DNA from: Myxococcota bacterium
Lineage (GTDB): Bacteria > Myxococcota_A > Polyangia > Polyangiales > Houyiibacteriaceae
Assembly: GCA_039030515.1 (NCBI GenBank)
Contig: JBCCEA010000043.1
Location: 1-31,644, forward strand
Reading direction: 5' to 3'
Length of the DNA: 31,644 nucleotides
Shown: one piece after another, positions 18,373 through 27,642 of the stretch
Numbering within the stretch: position 1 is the first letter of the stretch
Layout: every line of letters begins with the position of its first letter
Position numbers and translations under genes: made by a program
Notes under the pieces: generated by a model
Database searches by the model: none
What the model was told of the DNA's origin: nothing
Seen by the model: only the letters and a program-made list of their open reading frames with translations

Positions 18373-19239
18373 ATGTTCGATTGGCTAAAAAAGAAGATGA
18401 CAGACCCAAACGCCACCATGGCGGAGGCTCTTGCAAAAACCGAACTGCAATCTTTTCCCGCCGTCGTTCGGGAGGCAATGGTCGCACTGCGCAATCCTAA
18501 ACTCAACGCGAACGGAGTCGCGGCGATCCTTGCCAAAGACCCAGGATTCTCGGTGCGGCTATTGAGACTCGCCAACTCTGCAGCCTACACTGCACGACAT
18601 CCTGTGCGAACAGTAACCCACGCTGTCGCCCTGCTGGGGAGAAGAGAGGTCGAATCCCTCCTGCTCGCAGCGACCGTCCCCAATCTGCTCCCCAAATCGG
18701 AGCACTTCAATCGACAAGAGTTTTGGCGCACCGCTGCTTTTCGAGCCACTACCGCACGGGCCCTGGCCCAACGCTACTATCCGAACATCGCTGAAGAGAG
18801 CTTTACCAGCGCACTACTTCAGGACATGGCCATACCTCTGCTCGCGGCAACCCAACCCGAAACCTATGCTCCACTGCTCGTTCAGGCTCAGCAGACCGAG
18901 GTGCCTCTTCTGGAGCTGGAGCGAGAGCGACTTGGTTACGACCACACCCAGATCGGTGGATGCCTGTGCGCGCTGTGGAGTCTACCCGACGGCATCGCAC
19001 GATCGATCTCAAGCCATCACGACGAACCCCACCATGACGGTACAGATGCGGGTGATCTCTCGGCGCCGCTGCCGATCTACTTCGTCGCATCACTAGACCA
19101 TGGCGTCTCCCCGGACCCCACCCCGATCATCGACAGAGCAGAACATACTCTCGAGGTGGGTCGAGACGAGGTTCGTCAACTCGTAGAGGAAGCATTTCAC
19201 TTAGCGGAATCCCTAAGCTCCACGCTTTCCTCAGGTTGA
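18373..19239 (+). CDS. HDOD-domain protein
   Basis: FPAVV, DPGFSVRLLRLANSA, TVTHAVALLG, SALLQDMAI, ERERLGYDHTQIG..L...WSLP..I..HH. Confidence 0.9.
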   Translation: MFDWLKKKMTDPNATMAEALAKTELQSFPAVVREAMVALRNPKLNANGVAAILAKDPGFSVRLLRLANSAAYTARHPVRTVTHAVALLGRREVESLLLAATVPNLLPKSEHFNRQEFWRTAAFRATTARALAQRYYPNIAEESFTSALLQDMAIPLLAATQPETYAPLLVQAQQTEVPLLELERERLGYDHTQIGGCLCALWSLPDGIARSISSHHDEPHHDGTDAGDLSAPLPIYFVASLDHGVSPDPTPIIDRAEHTLEVGRDEVRQLVEEAFHLAESLSSTLSSG

Positions 19240-19329
19240 GAGAATCAGCGAACAGAAACGGCATTGGGGTTGATCGGCCTGCGTATTCACTTGTGGCTCT
19301 AATACGCTTGAGGCAGGTTTCGGCGGGCG

Positions 19330-20277
19330 ATGTCCGAAGACAGTTCAAGACTCCTTGCCTGCGAAGTTCCGGGCCCCCTTGGGGATATGGTTCGTGCGCT
19401 TCCTTTGGTTCAGGAAACGCAGCACCACCGGGTAATCCATTCGCGGGTTCTGGTAGTGGATGCAGTGGACGGCACTCAGATGGTTGTCGCGTGTCTTCGA
19501 CCACCGACGGATCTTCCAGCGCTTCACGAACAGACCCGAGATGCGATCGAATCTGCTTTACTCGCGGAGCGCTGCGCACCCATCGATTCGTCAGAGGCTC
19601 TCCCGCCTGACTACCGTCTTCTGAGATTCGCCTCCTATATAGATGTACCCGGAATGGAGCGTGCACTACGTGCATTTGGCTTGAAGGAAGTCCGTAAGAC
19701 GGGAGGCGGCTGGCCCAAGGCCGAAGCACATCTTCGCGGTGAATGGCAATCTCTGGGTCTGGAGCTACCGGACGTACCGCGTTCTCGCTGGGAAGCTGAG
19801 TTCACCTCGGTCTCCCCGGCACTTAGAGAAACCCTCAGCCAAGCGAGAAAAGCAGGTCGCTGGAGCGGAGCACCCTGGGGGAGTCGACCGGGAGAGCTGT
19901 GGAAGCGAATCTCTTCTGTGCTGGGTCTACCTCAGCGACGCCCCTCACTCGATGTACTCCGAGAGTTTGAGCAGGAGTATATATCGACGACTTCAGGGAA
20001 AATACGTTCGCTTCCCGCAGAGTTGTTTCAAGCATCGTGCGATCTCGTGGGTCTTATCACCGAGCTGCAATTTAATAGACGCACTTGTTGGGCGGAAGCG
20101 GCTGAAATGGACAATGGTTTGAACCCGCCACCTCATCTGCAGATAGAGCGGGGTTCGGCCAAGATGGAACTGCCGATTGGACTCGTTGTACTACGCTGGT
20201 GGATCATGCCGCTCGCGGCAGGAGAGAAACCCGCGTGTCTTGCCGAGTGGTTGGAGGAAACTCTGAAATCACTCTAA
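19330..20277 (+). CDS. Hypothetical protein
   Basis: Long ORF with natural composition filling the gap; no family recognised; start may be ATG 19387. Confidence 0.6.
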   Translation: MSEDSSRLLACEVPGPLGDMVRALPLVQETQHHRVIHSRVLVVDAVDGTQMVVACLRPPTDLPALHEQTRDAIESALLAERCAPIDSSEALPPDYRLLRFASYIDVPGMERALRAFGLKEVRKTGGGWPKAEAHLRGEWQSLGLELPDVPRSRWEAEFTSVSPALRETLSQARKAGRWSGAPWGSRPGELWKRISSVLGLPQRRPSLDVLREFEQEYISTTSGKIRSLPAELFQASCDLVGLITELQFNRRTCWAEAAEMDNGLNPPPHLQIERGSAKMELPIGLVVLRWWIMPLAAGEKPACLAEWLEETLKSL

Positions 20278-20529
20278 GATTTGAGTGCGGCGCAATCCTT
20301 ACTGGAACATGTGCGAACCCAAATCTCTGTGGATGAAGGAGCTTAGGGGATAGATAGCGAGCGAGGGACGGAGCCACTCGGGGCAAACGTGTATCCCCGA
20401 GTGGATCAATCTTGTGTCCAGCAAACGGAACTATTCGAGCAGGCCGATTTTTAGCGGATGCGAATCGTTACCCGGAATCAGATGCCGGCGACAAGGTCCA
20501 ATTAGTAGTTTCGACTAGAATCGTGCGAT

Positions 20530-20823
20530 CTACCTACCGCCGTATGAGGCAGAGTCTTCATTGCGCTTTCTTGCGTTGGCGACGTTGACTGTAAGTTCAC
20601 GGCCTTCAATCTTGCGTTTGTTCATTTGTTCGATCGCTTTGTCCGCGTCACTTTCGTCACTGAAGGTGACGAATCCAAAGCCTCGAGAGCGACCTGTGTC
20701 TCGATCGGTCAAGACCTTGTAGTCTTTCAATTCGCCTTCTATTGCAAATTCGTGAAACATATCTGCAAGTCCTTCATCGTCTACGTTCCAGGGAAGGCCA
20801 CCAACAAAGAGTCTTTTGGGCAT
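20530..20823 (-). CDS. RRM (RNP-1) RNA-binding protein
   Basis: RNP2 LFVGGL, RNP1 RGFGFVTF, DRDTGRS and GRELTVNVA; GGAGG RBS upstream. Confidence 0.95.
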   Translation of the reverse strand: MPKRLFVGGLPWNVDDEGLADMFHEFAIEGELKDYKVLTDRDTGRSRGFGFVTFSDESDADKAIEQMNKRKIEGRELTVNVANARKRNEDSASYGGR

Positions 20824-20999
20824 CTGTTCCTACCTCCGAAGTGCGTCGATCGCCGGAGATGCGCTTCAAACGCCCGGCAAGTCGGTCCAAAAAAGAGCGC
20901 GTTATTTGCGCTCCCCGCGGGAGTTAGCATGGAACGCAACACCCTTCGAGAAAGGATTCATGTTTCCTGACACCGCACTCGTGAGACGACATAGGTGCG

Positions 21000-22433
21000 T
21001 CAGTGAGAGTTCAAGACGACAACATTTCCAGCCACTTTCGATAGATTTGCGCGATCGAGCACCAACAATTCAGTACCTACAGCGAGGAAAATATGTCGGG
21101 CGGACAGCTGGGAAGGCACGAACAGAGGGGGGACTTTTAGGCCGCGGGGCTGTTCCCACGAAACGGTCTCGTCAGAATCTGCCCTAATTCGTCGCAGCCG
21201 GCCTGGCTCGTAGAGGTAGGTACCGTCGGTCTGTGGGAGTACAGCAACCTTCATCGATACCGGCAGGCGGCGCACCACCCGACCCGAGGCGAGATCGCGA
21301 CTTACGACGGCGTTTCCTTCACGCAGCGCTAGGAACGATCCCAATTCGCGGGGGAGTGCATCAAGACCAGCCGGCACAGGATGCGTACTGGGGTCGATCC
21401 CAAGCAAATCGTCCAGCGACACCAACCATCGCAGTAGAAGCTCAGGCGGCGTCGACGTCTCGGAATGCGACAGCCGCGCGAGATAAACGCCCTCCCCGCC
21501 CGCTCCTCGAAACCGCACCAGCAAGTCCGCGGAAACCGGATCGTTCGAACCAGACGCAACGCGACTACACCCATCGAGACGAGCCGCTACCTGTCCGAGG
21601 GCTTCGCTAAACTTGGCGCTTTCGACCGAACCGCCGGGAAGACGGCGAAGTGCTCCTTCTTCGTCAAGCCAGAGGACACTCTGACCAAAGGCGCAAATCG
21701 AACCTCGGCCGTACATATGCCGCGCATGCTCATCGAACTGCCTCGACCAGACTCCTTGTTTATCTGCCACAAAGAGGGTGCGACCCACGACGTGCGCCAC
21801 GAAGACACCCGACAGGGGCTCGACGTAGCGCAACGAGCCATCGCTTCGGTCAAGCGCGACCACCTGTGTTGAAGGAATCCGGGCTGCAGTGCGAGACGGA
21901 TCGATCGAGTTCGCCGGAGCTTTACCGGGATCAAAACCCTCGATGCCTTCTCCTTCGGTGAGGATCCCCTCGGTGAATACGTAGTGCACCCCGGAGTGCA
22001 CCGCGCTAGGTGCCCGCAAATCTCCTGCTCCTCGTACCAGAGCACCGCGCCAGACGAACTCAGCTTCCTCTTGATTCACATCTCTCAAGAACGTGTGGGT
22101 TTCTCGCTTGCGAGACTCGGTAAACACTCGGAAGCTCACCCGTTCATCGTCGATGACGATCCCTTGAGGATCGACTAGGCCAAACAGGGCCATACGCCAA
22201 ACACCCGTGCCGTCAACGCGCGTGCGCACGGCATGCACATGCCCTCGATCGTCCGAACGGACTACCAAGGCCTCGGCGTCACCCATGGATGCGACCGCGA
22301 TGATGGGCCCGCTTGGCCAGTACGCAGCGAACCAATTGTGCATAAAAAAAGCAAGCACCGCGATCATCGCGAGAACAAAGAGCAAGGTAATTCGAGCGCC
22401 TGAAAAGCGGCTTCGATTCGATTTCATCGTCAT
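21000..22433 (-). CDS. Membrane-anchored hypothetical protein, possibly PQQ-like beta-propeller
   Basis: N-terminal TM helix; recurrent 'ALDRSDGSLRY', 'RDLASGRVV' and 'VLDRANL' blade-like segments; ATG 22433 overlaps the MATE stop (ATGA). Confidence 0.55.
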   Translation of the reverse strand: MTMKSNRSRFSGARITLLFVLAMIAVLAFFMHNWFAAYWPSGPIIAVASMGDAEALVVRSDDRGHVHAVRTRVDGTGVWRMALFGLVDPQGIVIDDERVSFRVFTESRKRETHTFLRDVNQEEAEFVWRGALVRGAGDLRAPSAVHSGVHYVFTEGILTEGEGIEGFDPGKAPANSIDPSRTAARIPSTQVVALDRSDGSLRYVEPLSGVFVAHVVGRTLFVADKQGVWSRQFDEHARHMYGRGSICAFGQSVLWLDEEGALRRLPGGSVESAKFSEALGQVAARLDGCSRVASGSNDPVSADLLVRFRGAGGEGVYLARLSHSETSTPPELLLRWLVSLDDLLGIDPSTHPVPAGLDALPRELGSFLALREGNAVVSRDLASGRVVRRLPVSMKVAVLPQTDGTYLYEPGRLRRIRADSDETVSWEQPRGLKVPPLFVPSQLSARHIFLAVGTELLVLDRANLSKVAGNVVVLNSH

Positions 22434-23749
22434 ACGCTCGTGCGTGCCCAGCTGCCCTGCCGCCAGAGCAGGGCGAAGACCAAACTCTGGGTGAGCCGGT
22501 AGCACACGTTGCAAATCCAGATCGCGGTAAGTCCAAACCCGGAGACCGGACCGATGAAGTACGCAAAGGGCAGAAAAACCAGCCATTGCATCCCTAGCGA
22601 AACGAACATGACCTGTAGCGTCGCTCCGGCACCGACGATCGCATTCATCAAAACCATACCCACCACGTCGCCGCAGAGGGAAATACCCACGATACGGAGT
22701 GGCGCGATCGCCAGCTTCAGCGTTTCAGCATCGTGGATGAAGAAATGCAGCATCCAGCCCGGCACAAAAATCGCAGGCAAAGAGAGCAAGAAGATCACCG
22801 CGCACGCGATGCGGGCCACCTCCCACCCCCAGCGACGTGCGTCCTCGACGTCCTGTCTACCCAAGGCCTGACCAACGAGAGATGCCGCAGCGAGTCCAAA
22901 ACCCAGACCGGGCAGGATACCGACGAGCAATAGCTGGGTGAGCACCTGGGTCGCAGCAAGCTCTTTGGTGCCGACCTTACCGACGATTACAAAGAACGCG
23001 ACCATACCGCCTGCAAAAAAGGTTTGCTGGATCCCGGAAGGCACCGCGAGACGGAGCATGGTCTTCAGAGTCGTCCAAGGAGGTACTCCGATAAGAAAGC
23101 CCTCTTTGCGAGCATGCCTTAGCCCTAAGAACGCATAGCTGATCGTGCCGACGTAGGTCGCGATGGCCGAAGCGATTCCCGCACCGGTCGGGCCCAGCGC
23201 CGGCGCGCCCCAATGCCCGAAGATGAGGATCCAGTTGAGCGCAATATTGCACACGTGCATCACCAATAGCGTCCGCATGTAGAGCATCGACCGGTCGGTG
23301 GCGTTCCAGTACCCTCGAAACGAATAGTTGATGCCCATCGCGACCATAGCGACAACCCGGGATTGCAGGTAGGGCACCGCCGCGGCGATCACATCGAGGT
23401 CGTCGATGAGCTGAGGGAAAATCAGGTCAGCGCTGTAGAAGAGAAGGGTCTGCCAAGGAACGGCGATCACGACCGAAATCAAAATGCCGCCGTTCAACGC
23501 GACGGCACTTTCGGCCTGTTTGCCCTCACCAACGCGGCGAGCCGCGATCGCTTGAACGGAGGGGGAAATGCCGAGAATGAATGCGGTGACCAAAAAGTTC
23601 ACGAAGGACGCGAGACCCACAGCCGCTAGGGCATCGTCTCCCAGTTGCCCCACCATCGCCGTATCGACGAGGTTAAGCACATTCTGGGACACCATCCCGC
23701 CGATGATGGGAAGAGCCAGATGGAGTACTTTGCGCGATCGATTCGTCAC
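22430..23749 (-). CDS. MATE family efflux transporter
   Basis: LALPII...VDTAMVGQLGDDALAAVG, NIALNWILIFG..G.P.LG..GAGIAS.IA and SLVGQALG; ~12 TM. Confidence 0.93.
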   Translation of the reverse strand: MTNRSRKVLHLALPIIGGMVSQNVLNLVDTAMVGQLGDDALAAVGLASFVNFLVTAFILGISPSVQAIAARRVGEGKQAESAVALNGGILISVVIAVPWQTLLFYSADLIFPQLIDDLDVIAAAVPYLQSRVVAMVAMGINYSFRGYWNATDRSMLYMRTLLVMHVCNIALNWILIFGHWGAPALGPTGAGIASAIATYVGTISYAFLGLRHARKEGFLIGVPPWTTLKTMLRLAVPSGIQQTFFAGGMVAFFVIVGKVGTKELAATQVLTQLLLVGILPGLGFGLAAASLVGQALGRQDVEDARRWGWEVARIACAVIFLLSLPAIFVPGWMLHFFIHDAETLKLAIAPLRIVGISLCGDVVGMVLMNAIVGAGATLQVMFVSLGMQWLVFLPFAYFIGPVSGFGLTAIWICNVCYRLTQSLVFALLWRQGSWARTSV

Positions 23750-23887
23750 GGCAGGTCGCGACTCGTACCACGCTCGCTTTGGACGGCCAACCGAACATCA
23801 AGGGCCGTACCGGTTGGCGCCTCGATGCGAATGCCGCCGCCTTACCACAAATTGGCGCTGCATCATCACCCCCCCTAACTTGAGTTT

Positions 23888-24988
23888 GTGCAGAAACGCT
23901 GGACCTTTCTTTCTCTGCTGCTCGTAAGTGTTCACCTGGAGTCGGCACCCGTTCAGGGAGCGCCGGTCCGCAGCGATACGGCGGACCGGCAAGACTTAGG
24001 AATGCAGGAACCTGCAGTCACTCCGGACAGACAGCGACCCAGTCGGCAAAGGCTGACCGTCGCGGTGATCAGCGATCTCAATCGCAGTACCGGATCCGTC
24101 CGCTACCATCGAGACGCCTCGGTCGCGGTCAAGCGCATTCGCAACCTGAAGCCCGACCTGGTGCTGTCCACAGGGGACATGGTCGCGGGAATGCAGGCCG
24201 GACTGGACTACCGCCGGATGTGGCAGAGTTTTCACGATACGGTGTCAGACCCTCTGGCAGAGGACGGCATTCCCTTCGCGGTGACCCCCGGCAACCACGA
24301 CGCCTCCAGCTACCTAAGCTACCGGCACGAGCGCCGGGTATTTGTCTCCGAATGGACCGCCCGAAAGCCCACGGTTCGGTTTCACGACGAAAGCCACTAC
24401 CCGCTGCGCTACAGCTTTTCGGTGGGCGAGGCCTTCTTTATCGCGCTCGACGCAACCCGAGTCGGTGCGCTCGACAAAAAGCAGATGGAATGGGTCGAAC
24501 GTCAACTGGAGTCGGCCCGATCTTTCAGCGTGAAGATCGTGTTCGGTCATCTCCCGCTGCATCCCTTTACCGAAAACCGCTCCCAGGAGATCCTCGGAGA
24601 TGCCGAGCTCGAGGCGCTGCTGAACTTCCACGAAGTCGACCTCTTCCTCAGCGGTCACCATCACGCCTACTATCCCGGGCGAAGAGGCACGCTACGCACC
24701 GTCAGCCTCGGCTGTCTTGGCTCCGGGCGTCGCAAACTCCTGGGCTCTTCTCAACCCTCGGAGCACAGCTTTGTTTACTTCACCATTCAAGGGGGAGCGA
24801 TCGTCAACCTGGAGGCGTTTCGAGCTCCAGACTTTCAGGCAGCCATCTCCCGCAGCGGTCTGCCGCCACGGGTAGGATTTGAGGGCCACTTTACCTTCCG
24901 AGACGATCTCTTTGTGCCGCATATCGCTAGTTCTACGCCTTCCTCCGATGCGCAAACGCAGTGGCCTATGTCGTCTACGCAGTACTGA
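23888..24988 (+). CDS. Secreted calcineurin-like metallophosphoesterase
   Basis: Signal peptide; SDLN, TGDMV, PGNHD, GHLP and SGHHHAY motifs. Confidence 0.88.
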   Translation: MQKRWTFLSLLLVSVHLESAPVQGAPVRSDTADRQDLGMQEPAVTPDRQRPSRQRLTVAVISDLNRSTGSVRYHRDASVAVKRIRNLKPDLVLSTGDMVAGMQAGLDYRRMWQSFHDTVSDPLAEDGIPFAVTPGNHDASSYLSYRHERRVFVSEWTARKPTVRFHDESHYPLRYSFSVGEAFFIALDATRVGALDKKQMEWVERQLESARSFSVKIVFGHLPLHPFTENRSQEILGDAELEALLNFHEVDLFLSGHHHAYYPGRRGTLRTVSLGCLGSGRRKLLGSSQPSEHSFVYFTIQGGAIVNLEAFRAPDFQAAISRSGLPPRVGFEGHFTFRDDLFVPHIASSTPSSDAQTQWPMSSTQY

Positions 24989-25103
24989 ACTGGAGCGTCG
25001 GAAGTACCCGTCCGAAAAGAAAGAGGAACGTCGAGGACGCAGCGTCAACTGACGGCGAAATCTATCGTCTCGCGATGGGTGGGTAGAGAAGGCCGAATAA
25101 ATT

Positions 25104-25865
25104 TCAGGAGTTCAAGTAGACGACACTAGCCACGGCCAGCGTACAGAAATAGCAAGCGATCGCGGAGAAGAGGAGCCTCCCGTCCGCTGCGAAAAGCTGC
25201 TGTCTTGCATCCTCTGGGGACATTCCAAAACTTCGCAAGAACCAGTGAAGCAGTTCGCGTAACGCATGAAGGCAACCCGACGCGACTCTTTGCCGCAAGG
25301 TTGGGTGGGGTGGCAGTCGCATACTTTCACGACCTTCTTTTGGCCAGCATGCGGGATGCATCAGCCTTCCGTTTGCCCCCGAGCAATGTGATGTAAGACG
25401 CCGAAGGTCCGGGCCGAACGGTGCTCTGCAGATTGGGCACGCGGGTGTGGAGGAGCGGCTGAGCAGACCGCCCAGGCAGTCGAGGCAGGATATTGGATGT
25501 GCTGAATCTCCAGGAAGCTCTGGAAGCAGAAAAGACTCTAGAAGCGATCCTCTGCTAAGGGTGTATCGAGCTTCAGCTCTCAAACCGAAACGTTCGCAAA
25601 CGCGTCGAACATCGGGCACGTGAACCACGACCGTTTTGTGACCGTGGAGATCCTCTTGACATATCGGGCAACAACCTTCTCGGAGGGCGTTTTCAGGTCG
25701 ACTAGGCGGAGCTGGACGACGACGTTCGACATATCCTTCAGCTATGGAGCCTAATCTCGTCGGAGGACGAGAACCGGCAACGACGACCTGGGTTACCGCG
25801 GGCCCCGTTTGGACAAGAACGTACCAAAATCCGTCGGGGAGCCAATCGTGCGGTAGCCGCGGCAT
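25104..25865 (-). CDS. RING-finger-like zinc-binding protein with C-terminal TM helix
   Basis: CPICQED...AHPISCLDC...CPICRAPF and a C-terminal hydrophobic helix. Start uncertain (ATG 25865 chosen; frame open to 25985). Confidence 0.6.
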   Translation of the reverse strand: MPRLPHDWLPDGFWYVLVQTGPAVTQVVVAGSRPPTRLGSIAEGYVERRRPAPPSRPENALREGCCPICQEDLHGHKTVVVHVPDVRRVCERFGLRAEARYTLSRGSLLESFLLPELPGDSAHPISCLDCLGGLLSRSSTPACPICRAPFGPDLRRLTSHCSGANGRLMHPACWPKEGRESMRLPPHPTLRQRVASGCLHALRELLHWFLRSFGMSPEDARQQLFAADGRLLFSAIACYFCTLAVASVVYLNS

Positions 25866-26172
25866 TGCGGCACGCGCGACACAGTCCGAGGGTGGAAGTC
25901 GGAAGGATGATGATGGGGCGAATGGCCTAGGTAGCCCGCCCTGACTGAAGAAAAAAAGACCTGTGTTCCCCCGCTCACTCGGCACGAGAGAGGCAAGCTT
26001 ACAGAAGTTCTTCGAACCTTCAATCCACCAGCTTGTCTATCCCCGTTGTTGACGCGTGTGCCGCGATGACGTGTCAACGGCGCGGCGAGTATGAGAAAGC
26101 CCAGGGTAATGCGGGGCAAAAGCCCGTTGGATTCGCGGCCGTCCTAGGTCAAGAGTACGCTCACCGCAGCGC

Positions 26173-27609
26173 ATGCATTTCGACAGTCTCGACTACATCC
26201 TCTTTCTCACGCTCTCGGTAGCCGCGTACTGGGCGGCACGCGCCCATCCGCTGTGGCGCTTGGGAAGCCTCTTCATCGCAAGCTGCGCGTTCTACATGGC
26301 GTGGCATCCGCTTTACATCGTCCTCATCCTCGGTTCGACGGTTCTCGATTTTAGCATGGGGTTGCGCATTGCTCGGGCTCGGAGCCAAAGAGCCAAAAAA
26401 GCCTATCTCCTCGCCAGCGTGGTCGGCAATTTGGGGCTGCTCGGGATGTTCAAGTACTTCAACTTCGCTGCCCGAGTTGCGGTCGACGGCCTCGAATTGC
26501 TCGGGTACTCCTTGAGGGCCCCCTACCTCGATGTGCTGCTGCCTGTCGGTATCTCTTTCTATACCTTTCAGACCTTGAGCTACACCATCGATGTCTATCG
26601 GGGCAGATTGAATGCGACCTCCAATCCAATCGAATTTGCGGTTTTCGTAACCTATTTCCCGCAGCTGGTCGCCGGTCCCATCGTACGCGCCGCAGAGATG
26701 CTGCCCCAGTTGCGGCAATTCCCGAAACTCACCCGCCGGCAGTCGTCAGAGGGGCTCTTTCTGATCGCCACCGGACTGATCAAAAAGGTAGCGATCGCCG
26801 ACTACCTCTCGATCAACCTGGTCGACCGCATTTTCGACAATCCCGCCGGATACACCGCGGTAGAAGTCGTGGTCGGCCTCTACGGCTTCACGATGCAGAT
26901 GTACTGCGATTTTTCCGGCTACACCGATGTTGCCCGAGGCTCGGCCAAATTGATGGGTCTCGAGCTGCCGGACAATTTCGACCGCCCCTACCAGGCGACC
27001 AATCCTGCCGACTTCTGGCGCCGCTGGCATCAAACGCTTTCCAGCTGGCTGCGAGACTACCTCTACGTTCCGCTCGGTGGCTCCAGGTGCGGCCCAGTAC
27101 GCGCCTACTTTAGTTTGGCACTGACCATGTTTCTGATCGGGATTTGGCACGGCGCCTCGTGGACCTTTGTCTACTACGCCCTGCTCCAGGCGACCGCCAT
27201 GGTGCTGCATCGCTTTGTCCGCCGAAGAAGCAGACGCTCGAGGAACGACGCGGTACACCCGGCGGCCGTAAACGTGACGATGATCGCAGCGAAGATCTTC
27301 GCCAACCTGCAGTTTGTTGTGTTTTCTCGGATCCTCTTTCGCGCGACCGACCTTCAAAATGCGGTCGACGTCACAGAACGTCTGTGGTCCGGCCAAACCT
27401 CAACCGCGCAGATCACCCCCGCAGTGTGGTTCGTGCTCCTACTGAGCTTTGCGCTTCACTACACTCCGAAGCGTTGGTTTGAGCGTTTGGAGCGCGAGTT
27501 TGTCTGGCAGTCACCCGCGTTTCAGGCGCTGGGGCTGGTCGTGGTCGGGTGCATCCTCAGCTTGGTAGCCAGCGCACAGGTCGTCCCATACATTTACTTT
27601 CAGTTTTGA
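26173..27609 (+). CDS. MBOAT O-acyltransferase (AlgI/PatA family)
   Basis: FKYFNF, LPVGISFYTFQ, FPQLVAGPI, DFSGYTD, FWRRWH.TLSSWLRDYLY, GIWHGA and C-terminal YIYFQF. Confidence 0.95.
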   Translation: MHFDSLDYILFLTLSVAAYWAARAHPLWRLGSLFIASCAFYMAWHPLYIVLILGSTVLDFSMGLRIARARSQRAKKAYLLASVVGNLGLLGMFKYFNFAARVAVDGLELLGYSLRAPYLDVLLPVGISFYTFQTLSYTIDVYRGRLNATSNPIEFAVFVTYFPQLVAGPIVRAAEMLPQLRQFPKLTRRQSSEGLFLIATGLIKKVAIADYLSINLVDRIFDNPAGYTAVEVVVGLYGFTMQMYCDFSGYTDVARGSAKLMGLELPDNFDRPYQATNPADFWRRWHQTLSSWLRDYLYVPLGGSRCGPVRAYFSLALTMFLIGIWHGASWTFVYYALLQATAMVLHRFVRRRSRRSRNDAVHPAAVNVTMIAAKIFANLQFVVFSRILFRATDLQNAVDVTERLWSGQTSTAQITPAVWFVLLLSFALHYTPKRWFERLEREFVWQSPAFQALGLVVVGCILSLVASAQVVPYIYFQF

Positions 27610-27642
27610 ATGCGAACTCGAACGAAGTAGGCGAGCAAATCC

